Assembly (NCBI GenBank): GCA_964459675.1
Contig: CAYWNP010000002.1
Span: 4,665 to 48,966 of the forward strand
From: an uncultured Akkermansia sp.
GTDB taxonomy: Bacteria > Verrucomicrobiota > Kiritimatiellia > RFP12 > UBA1067
Direction of reading: 5' to 3'
DNA: 44,302 bases
In this document: positions 19,711 through 28,130 of the stretch, in pieces
Numbering within the stretch: the stretch's first letter is position 1
Layout: the number at the start of each line of letters is the position of its first letter
Notes under the pieces: model-generated
Databases searched by the model: none
What the model was told of the DNA's origin: nothing
The model's input: the letters and a program-made list of their open reading frames with translations, nothing else
Made by a program: the position numbers and the translations under genes

Positions 19711-20253
19711 ATGATGAATTCACGCATGATGATTGCAAATATCGCACTGGTTTGCGGTTTGCTGGTAGTGGGCACAGGCTGCGAAAGCTGGTGGGGTGGG
19801 GATGATAAGACGGATACTCCTGAGATTACGGATGTCCCGGGTTCGATCACGGATTCCGAAACAGGCAAGAATGTTACGGGAACTCGTTTCGAAGACACCT
19901 GCAAGAAGGTGGATGGTATCACCTTGTCGCCTGTCTATTTTGCTTTTGACAGCTATGCGCTGGCGCCAAGCGAAACCGCAAAGATTGAGCAAGTCGCAAA
20001 GCACCTCCAGTCCAATGCATCGCATGTGTTGGTTGTTGAAGGACACTGCGATGCTCGCGGTAGCGCGGAATACAATCTGGCGCTCGGCGAAAATCGTGCA
20101 CAGTCCATTCGTGGCCACTTGGTCAACTTGGGCATCGATGGCAACCGCTTGCAGACCCGCAGCTTTGGTTCCGAGAAACCCGCGATGGCCGGTTCTGGCG
20201 AAGCCGTGTGGAAGATGAATCGTCGCGGCGAATTCGCTCTGTATCAGAAGTAA
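19711..20253 (+). CDS. pal: Peptidoglycan-associated lipoprotein Pal (OmpA-like)
   Basis: ATG 19711 follows AGGAGAGAGG. The lipobox is LVVGTG|C. OmpA-like domain strings are VYFAFDSYAL and EYNLALGENRAQ. Confidence 0.88.
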   Translation: MMNSRMMIANIALVCGLLVVGTGCESWWGGDDKTDTPEITDVPGSITDSETGKNVTGTRFEDTCKKVDGITLSPVYFAFDSYALAPSETAKIEQVAKHLQSNASHVLVVEGHCDARGSAEYNLALGENRAQSIRGHLVNLGIDGNRLQTRSFGSEKPAMAGSGEAVWKMNRRGEFALYQK

Positions 20254-20285
20254 AGAGAACCGCGTTTGACGCGGAGTTTCACGCA

Positions 20286-20347
20286 CGGCTATCGCATCGT
20301 AGTCGCACACACCTGTGCGGGAAGGTGCATAGCCGTTTGTTGTTTTT
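20286..20347 (+). terminator. Probable intrinsic terminator of the tolB-pal unit
   Basis: A long interrupted stem CGGCTAT(C)GCA...TGCATAGCCG has an inner hairpin CGCACA-CACC-TGTGCG. TTTGTTGTTTTT follows it. Confidence 0.5.
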
Positions 20348-20368
20348 ACGAAGAGAGGATTTTCTCAG

Positions 20369-20818
20369 GTGATGGATATACCTCAGCTCGCATTTTTGTT
20401 TGAATCCGCAGATTTTACGGAATGGATTGTATTGTTGGCGGTCATCCTAATTGTTGTGGGTCCTCAGCGTCTCCCGGAGATGGCGCGCAAGATGGGACGC
20501 TGGGCTGAAACCTTCCGTCGTGCAGCCGATGAGTTTAAGCGGCAGATCATGTCTATGGATGAAGAGGTGCACAAGCAAGAGCATGATTACATGGATTACG
20601 CAAAGAATGAGTATGAGGAGCTCACGCACGATACGTCGTCCGATGAATCTGGAAAGGGTGTCGGCGAGTCCACCCCTGCGACAGAAAACACAACCGAAGA
20701 AAAACACCCCGAGTATCAAGACTCCTATCCAAGCGAAGGGCTCCCAACCCCAGAGCAGACAGATCTGGCCGAGGCGTCTGCACAAGACTTGGAGAAGGAA
20801 GCGGAGAAAACAGTATGA
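20369..20818 (+). CDS. Twin-arginine translocase TatA/TatB-family component with acidic tail
   Basis: A TM helix is followed by the hinge and amphipathic helix IVVGPQRLPEMARKMGRWAETFRRAADEFKRQI. The 149-aa length and acidic C-terminus are TatB-like. The stop overlaps the tatC start (ATGA). Confidence 0.8.
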   Translation: MMDIPQLAFLFESADFTEWIVLLAVILIVVGPQRLPEMARKMGRWAETFRRAADEFKRQIMSMDEEVHKQEHDYMDYAKNEYEELTHDTSSDESGKGVGESTPATENTTEEKHPEYQDSYPSEGLPTPEQTDLAEASAQDLEKEAEKTV

Positions 20819-21591
20819 AGGTGGGACGCTTCGATTTGAATAAACAGGAGGGGGATGAATACAATGATCCGCCTCGTCCCTTTCTAGAACATCTCCTCGA
20901 TTTGCGTGATTGCGTGGTTAAATGTGCGATCTCCTGGGTGGTCTGCTCGCTCATCATCGTTCCTTTTATTCCGAAGATCATCGCCTTTTTAAAAGCTCCT
21001 GCAGGAGTCTCGGCTGATAAGATCCAAGGTCTCGGCTGGACCGTGGGCGTGGATGTGATTTTACGTGTCGTCTTCTGGGGCGGGACAACCTTGAGCCTGC
21101 CCCTGCTCACCTACTTTATTTTACGGTTCATCTTTCCTGGGTTGAAGCGGAGCGAGAAGACTATGATCCTGGTCTGCCTCGTGGGGTCCACCTTCCTCTT
21201 TCTGGGCGGCGTGTGGATGGCGTATGCCACAACCTTGGATATCGCGATTCGGGTGTTAGAGCAGATCACCGCGTGGGTAGGACTTAAAACAGAGATCGTG
21301 CGCATTGATGATCACATCTCCTTCACCTTGAAGATGCTCATCGGTTTCGGCTTAGCCTTTCAATTGCCACTTTTGCTCATGGCGCTCGGCTGGCTCGGGT
21401 TCATCTCTTCTAAGGCGTTGCGTGAAAAACGGCGTATTGCGATTGTGGCCATCTTTGTCATAGCGATGGTCTTGACCCCGCCGGATCCCTTTTCACAAAT
21501 CATCATGGCGGTTCCCATGTGTATTCTGTACGAGGTGTGCATCATCGCAATCTGGCTGAGAGAAAAGGCGCGTCTAAAGGCGCAGGAGTAA
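20815..21591 (+). CDS. tatC: Twin-arginine translocase subunit TatC
   Basis: A six-TM protein with the TatC-type N-terminus PFLEHLLDLRDCVVK. It is translationally coupled to the upstream tatA/B gene. Confidence 0.9.
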   Translation: MKVGRFDLNKQEGDEYNDPPRPFLEHLLDLRDCVVKCAISWVVCSLIIVPFIPKIIAFLKAPAGVSADKIQGLGWTVGVDVILRVVFWGGTTLSLPLLTYFILRFIFPGLKRSEKTMILVCLVGSTFLFLGGVWMAYATTLDIAIRVLEQITAWVGLKTEIVRIDDHISFTLKMLIGFGLAFQLPLLLMALGWLGFISSKALREKRRIAIVAIFVIAMVLTPPDPFSQIIMAVPMCILYEVCIIAIWLREKARLKAQE

Positions 21592-21601
21592 TTTCTTTCC
21601 C

Positions 21602-21625
21602 GCAGAGGCGCTGAGGCGCAGAGGA
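21602..21625. repeat. Tandem octamers GCAGAGGC / GCTGAGGC / GCAGAGGA
   Basis: Located in the spacer between tatC and hisB. TATTTTTCG-like repeats follow it. Confidence 0.7.
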
Positions 21626-21694
21626 GAATTATTTTTCGTATTTTTCGATTATTTCGGATGCTAAAAATTGAAGCTATAGACGAGGAGGTGTGAT

Positions 21695-22279
21695 ATGAGA
21701 AGAGTGACCAAAACACGTACAACACGCGAGACGGACATCAGTATTTCGCTGAACCTTGACGGGACAGGCGTATCGAATATTGCGACCGGCATCGGCTTTT
21801 TAGATCACATGCTGGAGCTCTTTGCGAAACATGCCTTGGTAGATCTTGATGTCCAGGCAACTGGCGATGTCCACGTGGACTACCATCACACAGTCGAAGA
21901 TATCGGCCTGGTGTTGGGTATGTGTATCCAAGAGGCGCTGGGCGATCGTAAGGGGATCCGGCGTTACGGTTTCTTCCAGCTTCCGATGGACGAGTCGCTC
22001 GCAGAGGCAACGCTTGATCTGGGTGGACGTCCCTTCTCTGTCTTTATCTCCACGGTGAAACATGAGAAGGCGGGTGACTTTGATGTGAAGCTTCTGGAGG
22101 AGTTTTTCCGCGCCATCTCGGTTGAGGGACGGATGAATATCCATCTTCGCCATATTTATGGCGATGAGACCCATCATGTCTGCGAAGCGATTTTTAAAGC
22201 CTTTGCGCGCGCCTTCCGCATGGCCGTGGAAAAAGATCCGCGCGAAACTGGGATTCCGTCGAGCAAGGGGACGATCTAG
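21695..22279 (+). CDS. hisB: Imidazoleglycerol-phosphate dehydratase
   Basis: IGPD blocks are GIGFLDHMLELFAKH and DYHHTVEDIGLVLG. GAGGAGG lies upstream of the ATG. Confidence 0.93.
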   Translation: MRRVTKTRTTRETDISISLNLDGTGVSNIATGIGFLDHMLELFAKHALVDLDVQATGDVHVDYHHTVEDIGLVLGMCIQEALGDRKGIRRYGFFQLPMDESLAEATLDLGGRPFSVFISTVKHEKAGDFDVKLLEEFFRAISVEGRMNIHLRHIYGDETHHVCEAIFKAFARAFRMAVEKDPRETGIPSSKGTI

Positions 22280-22284
22280 ACGTC

Positions 22285-23010
22285 ATGATTATCCTACCAG
22301 CGATTGATTTGAAGGATGGCAAGTGCGTGCGCTTGCGCCAGGGCAAGGCCGAAGAGGCCACGATCTATTCGGATGACCCTGTTGCGCAGGCGAAGACCTT
22401 TCTCGGTCAGGGGGCGGAGCAGTTGCATGTGGTGGATTTAGACGGCGCCTTTCAAGGCGAGCCGAAGCATGCCCCTGTGATCGCTGAGATCATCCGCGCA
22501 CTCAAGATTCCGGTCGAAGTGGGCGGTGGCCTGCGGACCGATACCCATATCGAGACGTTACTCAAGGCAGGTGTGGCCCGGGCGATCATCGGCACGCGGG
22601 CGTTGGAGAAGATTGAGACCTTGGCTGCGCTGGTCAAGCGCTTTGGCAACCATCTGGCTGTGGGTATTGATGCGCGTGATGGTTTTGTGCAAGTCAAGGG
22701 CTGGGTTGAGACCACCGGCACCCGTGCCGTTTCTCTTGCGCAGCAGATGGAAGCCGTGGGGGTCAAGACGATCATCTACACCGATACAGCAACCGATGGC
22801 ATGTTGGGCGGACCCAACCTCAAGGCGATGAAGGAACTCTGCCTCGCAGTTCCAGGCTGCAACATTATCGCTTCGGGCGGCGTGAGCGCGCCGGAACATG
22901 TGACGGCGCTGAAAGCTTTGGGCTGTGCCAACCTTTATGGCGCCATTGTCGGCAAGGCGCTCTACGATGGCAAGACAACCCTCGCCGCCATGATGGCCGC
23001 AGCGAAATAG
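22285..23010 (+). CDS. hisA: ProFAR isomerase HisA
   Basis: The N-terminus MIILPAIDLKDGKCVRLRQG and the (beta/alpha)8 phosphate-binding blocks (GGGLRT, ASGGV) are present. Confidence 0.93.
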   Translation: MIILPAIDLKDGKCVRLRQGKAEEATIYSDDPVAQAKTFLGQGAEQLHVVDLDGAFQGEPKHAPVIAEIIRALKIPVEVGGGLRTDTHIETLLKAGVARAIIGTRALEKIETLAALVKRFGNHLAVGIDARDGFVQVKGWVETTGTRAVSLAQQMEAVGVKTIIYTDTATDGMLGGPNLKAMKELCLAVPGCNIIASGGVSAPEHVTALKALGCANLYGAIVGKALYDGKTTLAAMMAAAK

Positions 23011-23015
23011 AACTT

Positions 23016-24293
23016 ATGAAAAACACGAATATTACGATTCTGAAGAACGGGGCCACGATCGTCACCTCTGAGATGGCAGATGCCGAGAGCGTCGCCATCG
23101 GACTCTGGGCCAATGCGGGCGGACGTCACGAGCGCGCCTCAGAGACTGGCCTCAGCCATTTTTTGGAACATCTCCTCTTCAAGGGAACCCCCACACGTAA
23201 CGCCTTGCAGATCTCGCAGGCGATCGAAGGACGCGGCGGTTATCTCAATGCTTTCACGCAGGAGGAGAACACCTGCTACTATGCGCGCTTGCCCTATGAG
23301 TACATGGAACAGGCCGTGGATGTGCTGGCCGATATGTACATGAACGCGAAGATCACAGAGGCGGATCTCCGGCGGGAACGTGCGGTCATCATCGAAGAGA
23401 TCAAGATGTATCAGGACCAGCCCCAGTCGGTTGTCCAGGAGCAACTGCAGGAGGCCATGTATGTCAACCACTCCCTAGGACGTCCTTTGGCTGGTTGTGA
23501 GAAGACGCTGATACCGGTTGACCGGAAGGCCATGCTGGACTACAAGGCGCGCGCCTATACACCCGCGTCCACAGTTTTCGCTTTTGCCGGACGCCTGAAA
23601 CACGAGGCTTGTGTCGCGTGTGTGGAAAAACTGTTTGGTGCGATCCCCAAGAAGAAGGGGCTCTCCTATAAACTCGTTGATGGCAAGACACAACAAAAAC
23701 CCTTCGTGCTGTCGCGTAAGGACATCGGGCAGGTTCACGCGGTTGCAGGCTTTCGCACCTTTGGTCGTCATGACGACCGCCGCTTTGCACTGCGTGTGCT
23801 CAATGGCATTCTAGGCGAGAACATGAGTTCGCGCCTCTTCCAGACCGTGCGTGAAAAAAATGGCCTCTGCTATTCGATCCAGTCCTCGTATCAGCTGTTC
23901 CAGGAAACAGGGATGTTCACGATCAGTGGCGGTTTTGATGTCGCACGCGCAGAGGCTGCACTCAAACTGACCAGCAAGGAGGTGCGGCGCATCATCGACA
24001 CCAAAGTCACTGCTGCGGAACTGAAGCGTACGAAGGATTATTTGCAAGGCACCTTCCGTCTCGGACTCGAAGGCGTCGAACATCAGATGCTATTGTTGGG
24101 AAGCTCCATTCTGAATTATGGAAAACTAATTAAGCCGGAAGAGACGCTTGAGGGGATCCGCAAGGTTACCGTGGAAGATGTCCAGCACGTGGCTGAAACA
24201 GTTTTCACGCCCAGTCGCTTGACCCTCTCGCTCGTGGTTCCGAATGAGCAGAAACAGAGCGAAGCCGATTGGCAGAAGGTGTTTACGATTTAA
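23016..24293 (+). CDS. M16-family (pitrilysin-like) zinc peptidase
   Basis: The inverted zinc motif HxxEH is present as HFLEHLLFKGT. The 425-aa two-domain length is typical of the family. Confidence 0.88.
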   Translation: MKNTNITILKNGATIVTSEMADAESVAIGLWANAGGRHERASETGLSHFLEHLLFKGTPTRNALQISQAIEGRGGYLNAFTQEENTCYYARLPYEYMEQAVDVLADMYMNAKITEADLRRERAVIIEEIKMYQDQPQSVVQEQLQEAMYVNHSLGRPLAGCEKTLIPVDRKAMLDYKARAYTPASTVFAFAGRLKHEACVACVEKLFGAIPKKKGLSYKLVDGKTQQKPFVLSRKDIGQVHAVAGFRTFGRHDDRRFALRVLNGILGENMSSRLFQTVREKNGLCYSIQSSYQLFQETGMFTISGGFDVARAEAALKLTSKEVRRIIDTKVTAAELKRTKDYLQGTFRLGLEGVEHQMLLLGSSILNYGKLIKPEETLEGIRKVTVEDVQHVAETVFTPSRLTLSLVVPNEQKQSEADWQKVFTI

Positions 24294-26274
24294 GGAGCAC
24301 GCGCAGTTTCGCCCCTAAATCCGCCTTGGAGAATGGCTTCTGGATGAAGTGAATGTCTTTCGCTAACAGATCAGAGCGGGTGATGGAATGAGCCGTGTAG
24401 CCTGACATAAACAGGCATTTCATCGCGGGATCGAGAGATAGCAGCGCTTGGGCTAACTCATAGCCTTGCATCTCAGGCATGATCACATCGGTTAAAAGTA
24501 AGTGGATCTTTCCGGTGTGTTCCCGTGCAAGGCGAAGGGCTTCGCTTGGGCTGGATGCGGCAAGCACGTTGTACCCCAGCTTTTCGAGTATTATCCCCGT
24601 CATTCTCAGTATGGCAGGTTCATCCTCTACCAAGAGGATGGTCTCACTTCCGCGCTCAATCTGTGGCCGGGGTTCCTTTGCCTCCGGCTGCCTCTTCGTC
24701 GTATCGCGAGGCAGATATATTTTGAAAGTCGTCCCCTTGTCCGGCTCGCTATAGACATTGATAAAGCCGTTATTTTGCTTGATCGCACCATACAGGGAGG
24801 CCAGTCCCAAACCAGTACCCTTTCCAATCTCCTTGGTGGTAAAAAAAGGTTCGAACAGGTGATCGATGCTCTCCGGGCTCATGCCGCAACCGTTGTCACT
24901 GACCGCCAGCAACACGTAGTCGCCAGGGATAAAGTCCGCGTGGTTTGCGCAGTCGTCTTCATCGAAGGAGGCATTAGACGTCTCAATGGTCACTTTTCCC
25001 GTGCCACTGATGGCATCCCGGGCATTGGCGCAGAGATTGGCCAACATCTGATCAATCTGTGTGGGGTCTATTCTGATAGGCCAGAGACCATGTCCTGGCT
25101 TCCAGGCAAGGGCAATATTTTCGCCGATGAGGCGTCTCAGAATTTTGAGCATTCCTTCAACGGTGTCGTTAAGATCAAGCACTTTGGGCGCCACGGTTTG
25201 TTTGCTGGCAAAGGCCAATAGTTGGCGTGTGAGATCAGCCGAGCGCTGGGCAGCCTCTTGGATCTCCTCTAAGTCAGCATGCAGCGGGCTGAGGGGGGGA
25301 GTCTTCTCCATGGCAAGCTCCGCATAGCCGAGAATCACCCCAAGCATATTGTTGAAATCATGCGCCACTCCACCAGCCAACCTTCCCACGGACTCCATTT
25401 TTTGGGCTTGGGTGAGCTGAGACTGAAGCTTCTCTTGCTCCGCTTCAGCGTGTTTACGATCCGTGATATCTAAAATGGTTCCAGTCATGGCCTCAAGATG
25501 GTTGTTCTGATCGAAAACAATTTTTCCTAGACCGTGTATCCATCTGACAGCGCCATCTGACTTGCGGACAATCCGATATTCTTTGTCGAAGGAATGTCGT
25601 TTAGCAATAACCTCTTCCTTGAAGTATTGATCCATCATTTGCTGATCACTGGGGTATATTAATGCAAGCCACCCTTCGATCGTTCTCGCATAATTCTGAT
25701 CAATGCCAAACAGTGAAAAAAGCACTTCGGATGCTTCCCAGTTGCCAGTCAAAAAATTAAGTTTGTAGGAGCCGATATTTGCCGCGTGTTGTGACTCTTT
25801 AAAAAAGTATTCGCTTTCACGTAATGCTTCTAGCATGTGATTACGCTCGGTAATGTCATTGAAGAAGGCGGCCATTTTGCCGGGTTCGGTCTGGAAGGCC
25901 AAGACTTCAAATACACCCCGGATCTCTCCGCCTGCGTATTCGATCTGCTCGGTTTTCCACGGTTGGCCATCCCGAGCGACCGCCTTGTAGTGGGAGGGTA
26001 CGTCGGTCGAGGCAAGGGAGGGGAATGCTTCTTCGATCCTCTTTCCTACGAACGGAGTGTGATCGACGCCAAGGATCCGTTGGGCGGCAGGGTTCGATCC
26101 AATAAAGATAAGCTCTCCTGCATCCGTCAATTCGTACATATGGATGCCCATCGGAGAGGCGTTCACGATGCTTTTGAAGCGCATCTCGCTTTGTCGCAAC
26201 GCCTTCTCTGTGTCACTGGGGCTATTATCCGCACTTCTCATATCTGCTTTTCCGATGCCTGACGGGTGATACAC
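24283..26274 (-). CDS. Hybrid sensor histidine kinase (PAS x2-3, HisKA, HATPase_c, C-terminal receiver)
   Basis: H-box HDFNNMLGVILGYAEL. ATPase boxes are DNGCGM and GTGLGLA. The receiver domain has ILLVEDEPAILRM...LLLTDVIMPEMQG. No TM segment is seen. The start is uncertain (GTG 26274 or ATG 26241). Confidence 0.88.
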   Translation of the reverse strand: MYHPSGIGKADMRSADNSPSDTEKALRQSEMRFKSIVNASPMGIHMYELTDAGELIFIGSNPAAQRILGVDHTPFVGKRIEEAFPSLASTDVPSHYKAVARDGQPWKTEQIEYAGGEIRGVFEVLAFQTEPGKMAAFFNDITERNHMLEALRESEYFFKESQHAANIGSYKLNFLTGNWEASEVLFSLFGIDQNYARTIEGWLALIYPSDQQMMDQYFKEEVIAKRHSFDKEYRIVRKSDGAVRWIHGLGKIVFDQNNHLEAMTGTILDITDRKHAEAEQEKLQSQLTQAQKMESVGRLAGGVAHDFNNMLGVILGYAELAMEKTPPLSPLHADLEEIQEAAQRSADLTRQLLAFASKQTVAPKVLDLNDTVEGMLKILRRLIGENIALAWKPGHGLWPIRIDPTQIDQMLANLCANARDAISGTGKVTIETSNASFDEDDCANHADFIPGDYVLLAVSDNGCGMSPESIDHLFEPFFTTKEIGKGTGLGLASLYGAIKQNNGFINVYSEPDKGTTFKIYLPRDTTKRQPEAKEPRPQIERGSETILLVEDEPAILRMTGIILEKLGYNVLAASSPSEALRLAREHTGKIHLLLTDVIMPEMQGYELAQALLSLDPAMKCLFMSGYTAHSITRSDLLAKDIHFIQKPFSKADLGAKLRVLLKS

Positions 26275-26346
26275 CTTTATGCTGGTGTATACGACTCGCT
26301 TTTTTTATTTAAGCACTTCATTCTTCAAAAGGGAAGGAAAATTAGA

Positions 26347-26409
26347 AACATCGAACAGTCAACATCGAATTTTTAATAAGGCAATAAGGCAATGAGGCAA
26401 TAAGGCAAT
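26347..26409. repeat. AACATCGAA x2 followed by AATAAGGC octamer array x4
   Basis: AACATCGAA is at 26347-26355 and 26361-26369. AATAAGGC, AATAAGGC, AATGAGGC and AATAAGGC span 26375-26406. The site is the divergent spacer between the sensor kinase and the cupin gene. Confidence 0.85.
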
Positions 26410-26501
26410 TTGCCGAAGTGATTGTTTCCCGCTGAAAGGAGTCTTGCGGAACGGAAAATGAAACGGTATAGTTTGAGATTATTTTAACTACAGGAGCACT
26501 C

Positions 26502-26849
26502 ATGATTACAAAAAATTCAGCGTGTGTCGTCGAAGCGCGGGCCAATATGCGGGGTGGCAAGGGGACCGTGTGCGTGGAGCATTGGTTCAAACCCGAAAAC
26601 TTTAAAGCCAAGGTGCGCCTCTGTGCGCGGCTGGTCATTCCGCCGGGAGCCTCCATTGGCGAACATGCGCATGAGGCCGATGACGAAGTGTATATTGTTC
26701 TTTCCGGCAAGGGTCGTATTCTTGAAAAGGGCGAATGGGTCGAGATCGCCACAGGCGATGCCATCCTGACGGGCAATGGCGGCTCGCACAGTGTTGAGAA
26801 CACCGGCACCGAACCCCTCGTCATCGCCGCCATTATTATGGTTTACTAA
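26502..26849 (+). CDS. Cupin-domain protein
   Basis: The cupin_2-type metal motif is GASIGEHAHEADDEVYIVLSG...GGSHSVENTG. The stop overlaps the next start (TAATG). Confidence 0.75.
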   Translation: MITKNSACVVEARANMRGGKGTVCVEHWFKPENFKAKVRLCARLVIPPGASIGEHAHEADDEVYIVLSGKGRILEKGEWVEIATGDAILTGNGGSHSVENTGTEPLVIAAIIMVY

Positions 26850-27952
26850 TGCCCCTCATCCCAAACACATTACTCTTGCCACAACAGACGATCTCTAAGC
26901 CAGGCGCGGTGCTCTCCCTGGTGAAGGAGGCGAGCCTGTTTGGTCCGCGCGGTGTGCTGGTGCATGGACAGTCGCTGGTGAGGTCAGGGACGGTGGCTGC
27001 GATTGTGCATGGTAGCCCTCTTGTCCGCACCTGGGAACATACAGGCGGCGAACCGACAGTCGAGGGTGTGGACGCCTTGCGCGCGGAACTCAAGCGCGAC
27101 CGGCCGGACTGGGTGGCCGCAGTAGGGGGTGGCAGTGTCATGGATCTGGCCAAGGCTGCTGCAGGATTGGTGGATGCACCCGAAAAGACCGCCTTCTATC
27201 AACGTAATAACAGCTCTATTCCTCCTGCTACACTGCCTTTCATCGCTGTTCCGACAACGGCAGGCACCGGCACGGAGGCAACGGTCGTTTCGGTCCTCAC
27301 CGATCCTGCACTCTGCCTCAAGCAATCCATCCGCCATCCGACCTTCATGCCGAAGCTCGTGCTGCTCGATCCAGACCTCCTGATAGAGTGTCCCCAACCG
27401 ACACGGGCCGCGGCAGGGCTCGATGCGTTTATTCAGGCGTTTGAATCCTACACCAGCAAATATGCGACGCCCTTCACGCGCGCGCTCTCGGAAGTGGCGC
27501 TCGTGCGGATCAGCCAAGCGCTTCTGCCCTTCTACCGGGGTGATCAGAGTGTAGCTGCTGATATGCTGGAAGCGAGTACTATAACAGGCCTCGCCTTTTC
27601 TCATGCGCGCCTTGGCGTGATACATGGCTTGGCGCATCCGCTTGGCGCGCGTTTCCATGCGGCGCACGGACTCACCTGCGCCTGCTGCCTGCCGGCGGCT
27701 CTGGCCTTTAACCGTGAGGTGGTTGCAAAAGAGCTTACCTATCTGAAGGCGCGTTACGGGCTCGACGTGGAGGCGCGTATCACCGAGTGGCTTTCGGAGA
27801 TGGCGCTCGAAAATCCCTTCCGCGGGAAGCAGGTAGAGGACCTCGATGCTTGCGTCGCCGAAGTGCTCGCGTCGGGTTCGACAGCCGCGAATCCGCGTTC
27901 TGTCACTGCCGATGACGCTCGTCACCTTCTTGTAGAGATCCTGTCTCGTTAG
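26849..27952 (+). CDS. Iron-containing (group III) alcohol dehydrogenase
   Basis: Fe-ADH blocks are GGGSVMDLAKAAA, AVPTTAGTGTEAT and the His cluster HGLAHPLGARFHAAHG. Confidence 0.85.
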   Translation: MPLIPNTLLLPQQTISKPGAVLSLVKEASLFGPRGVLVHGQSLVRSGTVAAIVHGSPLVRTWEHTGGEPTVEGVDALRAELKRDRPDWVAAVGGGSVMDLAKAAAGLVDAPEKTAFYQRNNSSIPPATLPFIAVPTTAGTGTEATVVSVLTDPALCLKQSIRHPTFMPKLVLLDPDLLIECPQPTRAAAGLDAFIQAFESYTSKYATPFTRALSEVALVRISQALLPFYRGDQSVAADMLEASTITGLAFSHARLGVIHGLAHPLGARFHAAHGLTCACCLPAALAFNREVVAKELTYLKARYGLDVEARITEWLSEMALENPFRGKQVEDLDACVAEVLASGSTAANPRSVTADDARHLLVEILSR

Positions 27953-27980
27953 TGGAGTATCCACTCCACTGGGTTTTCTC
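27952..27980 (+). terminator. Possible terminator after the Fe-ADH gene
   Basis: GTGGAGT-ATCC-ACTCCAC (7-bp stem) overlaps the stop codon and is followed by TGGGTTTTCTC. Confidence 0.45.
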
Positions 27981-28130
27981 ACAGAGCCATCCACCTTCGC
28001 GGATACGCCTACGGTGGACAGGCAGAGCTCACGGAGGAATCCAATTCAAGGCTCCTTCAATGCCCGCACGCGTGTCACGGCATATCAAATCACCTTGTCA
28101 TGGGAGCAAGCAAAGTGTTATTATTAAAAT

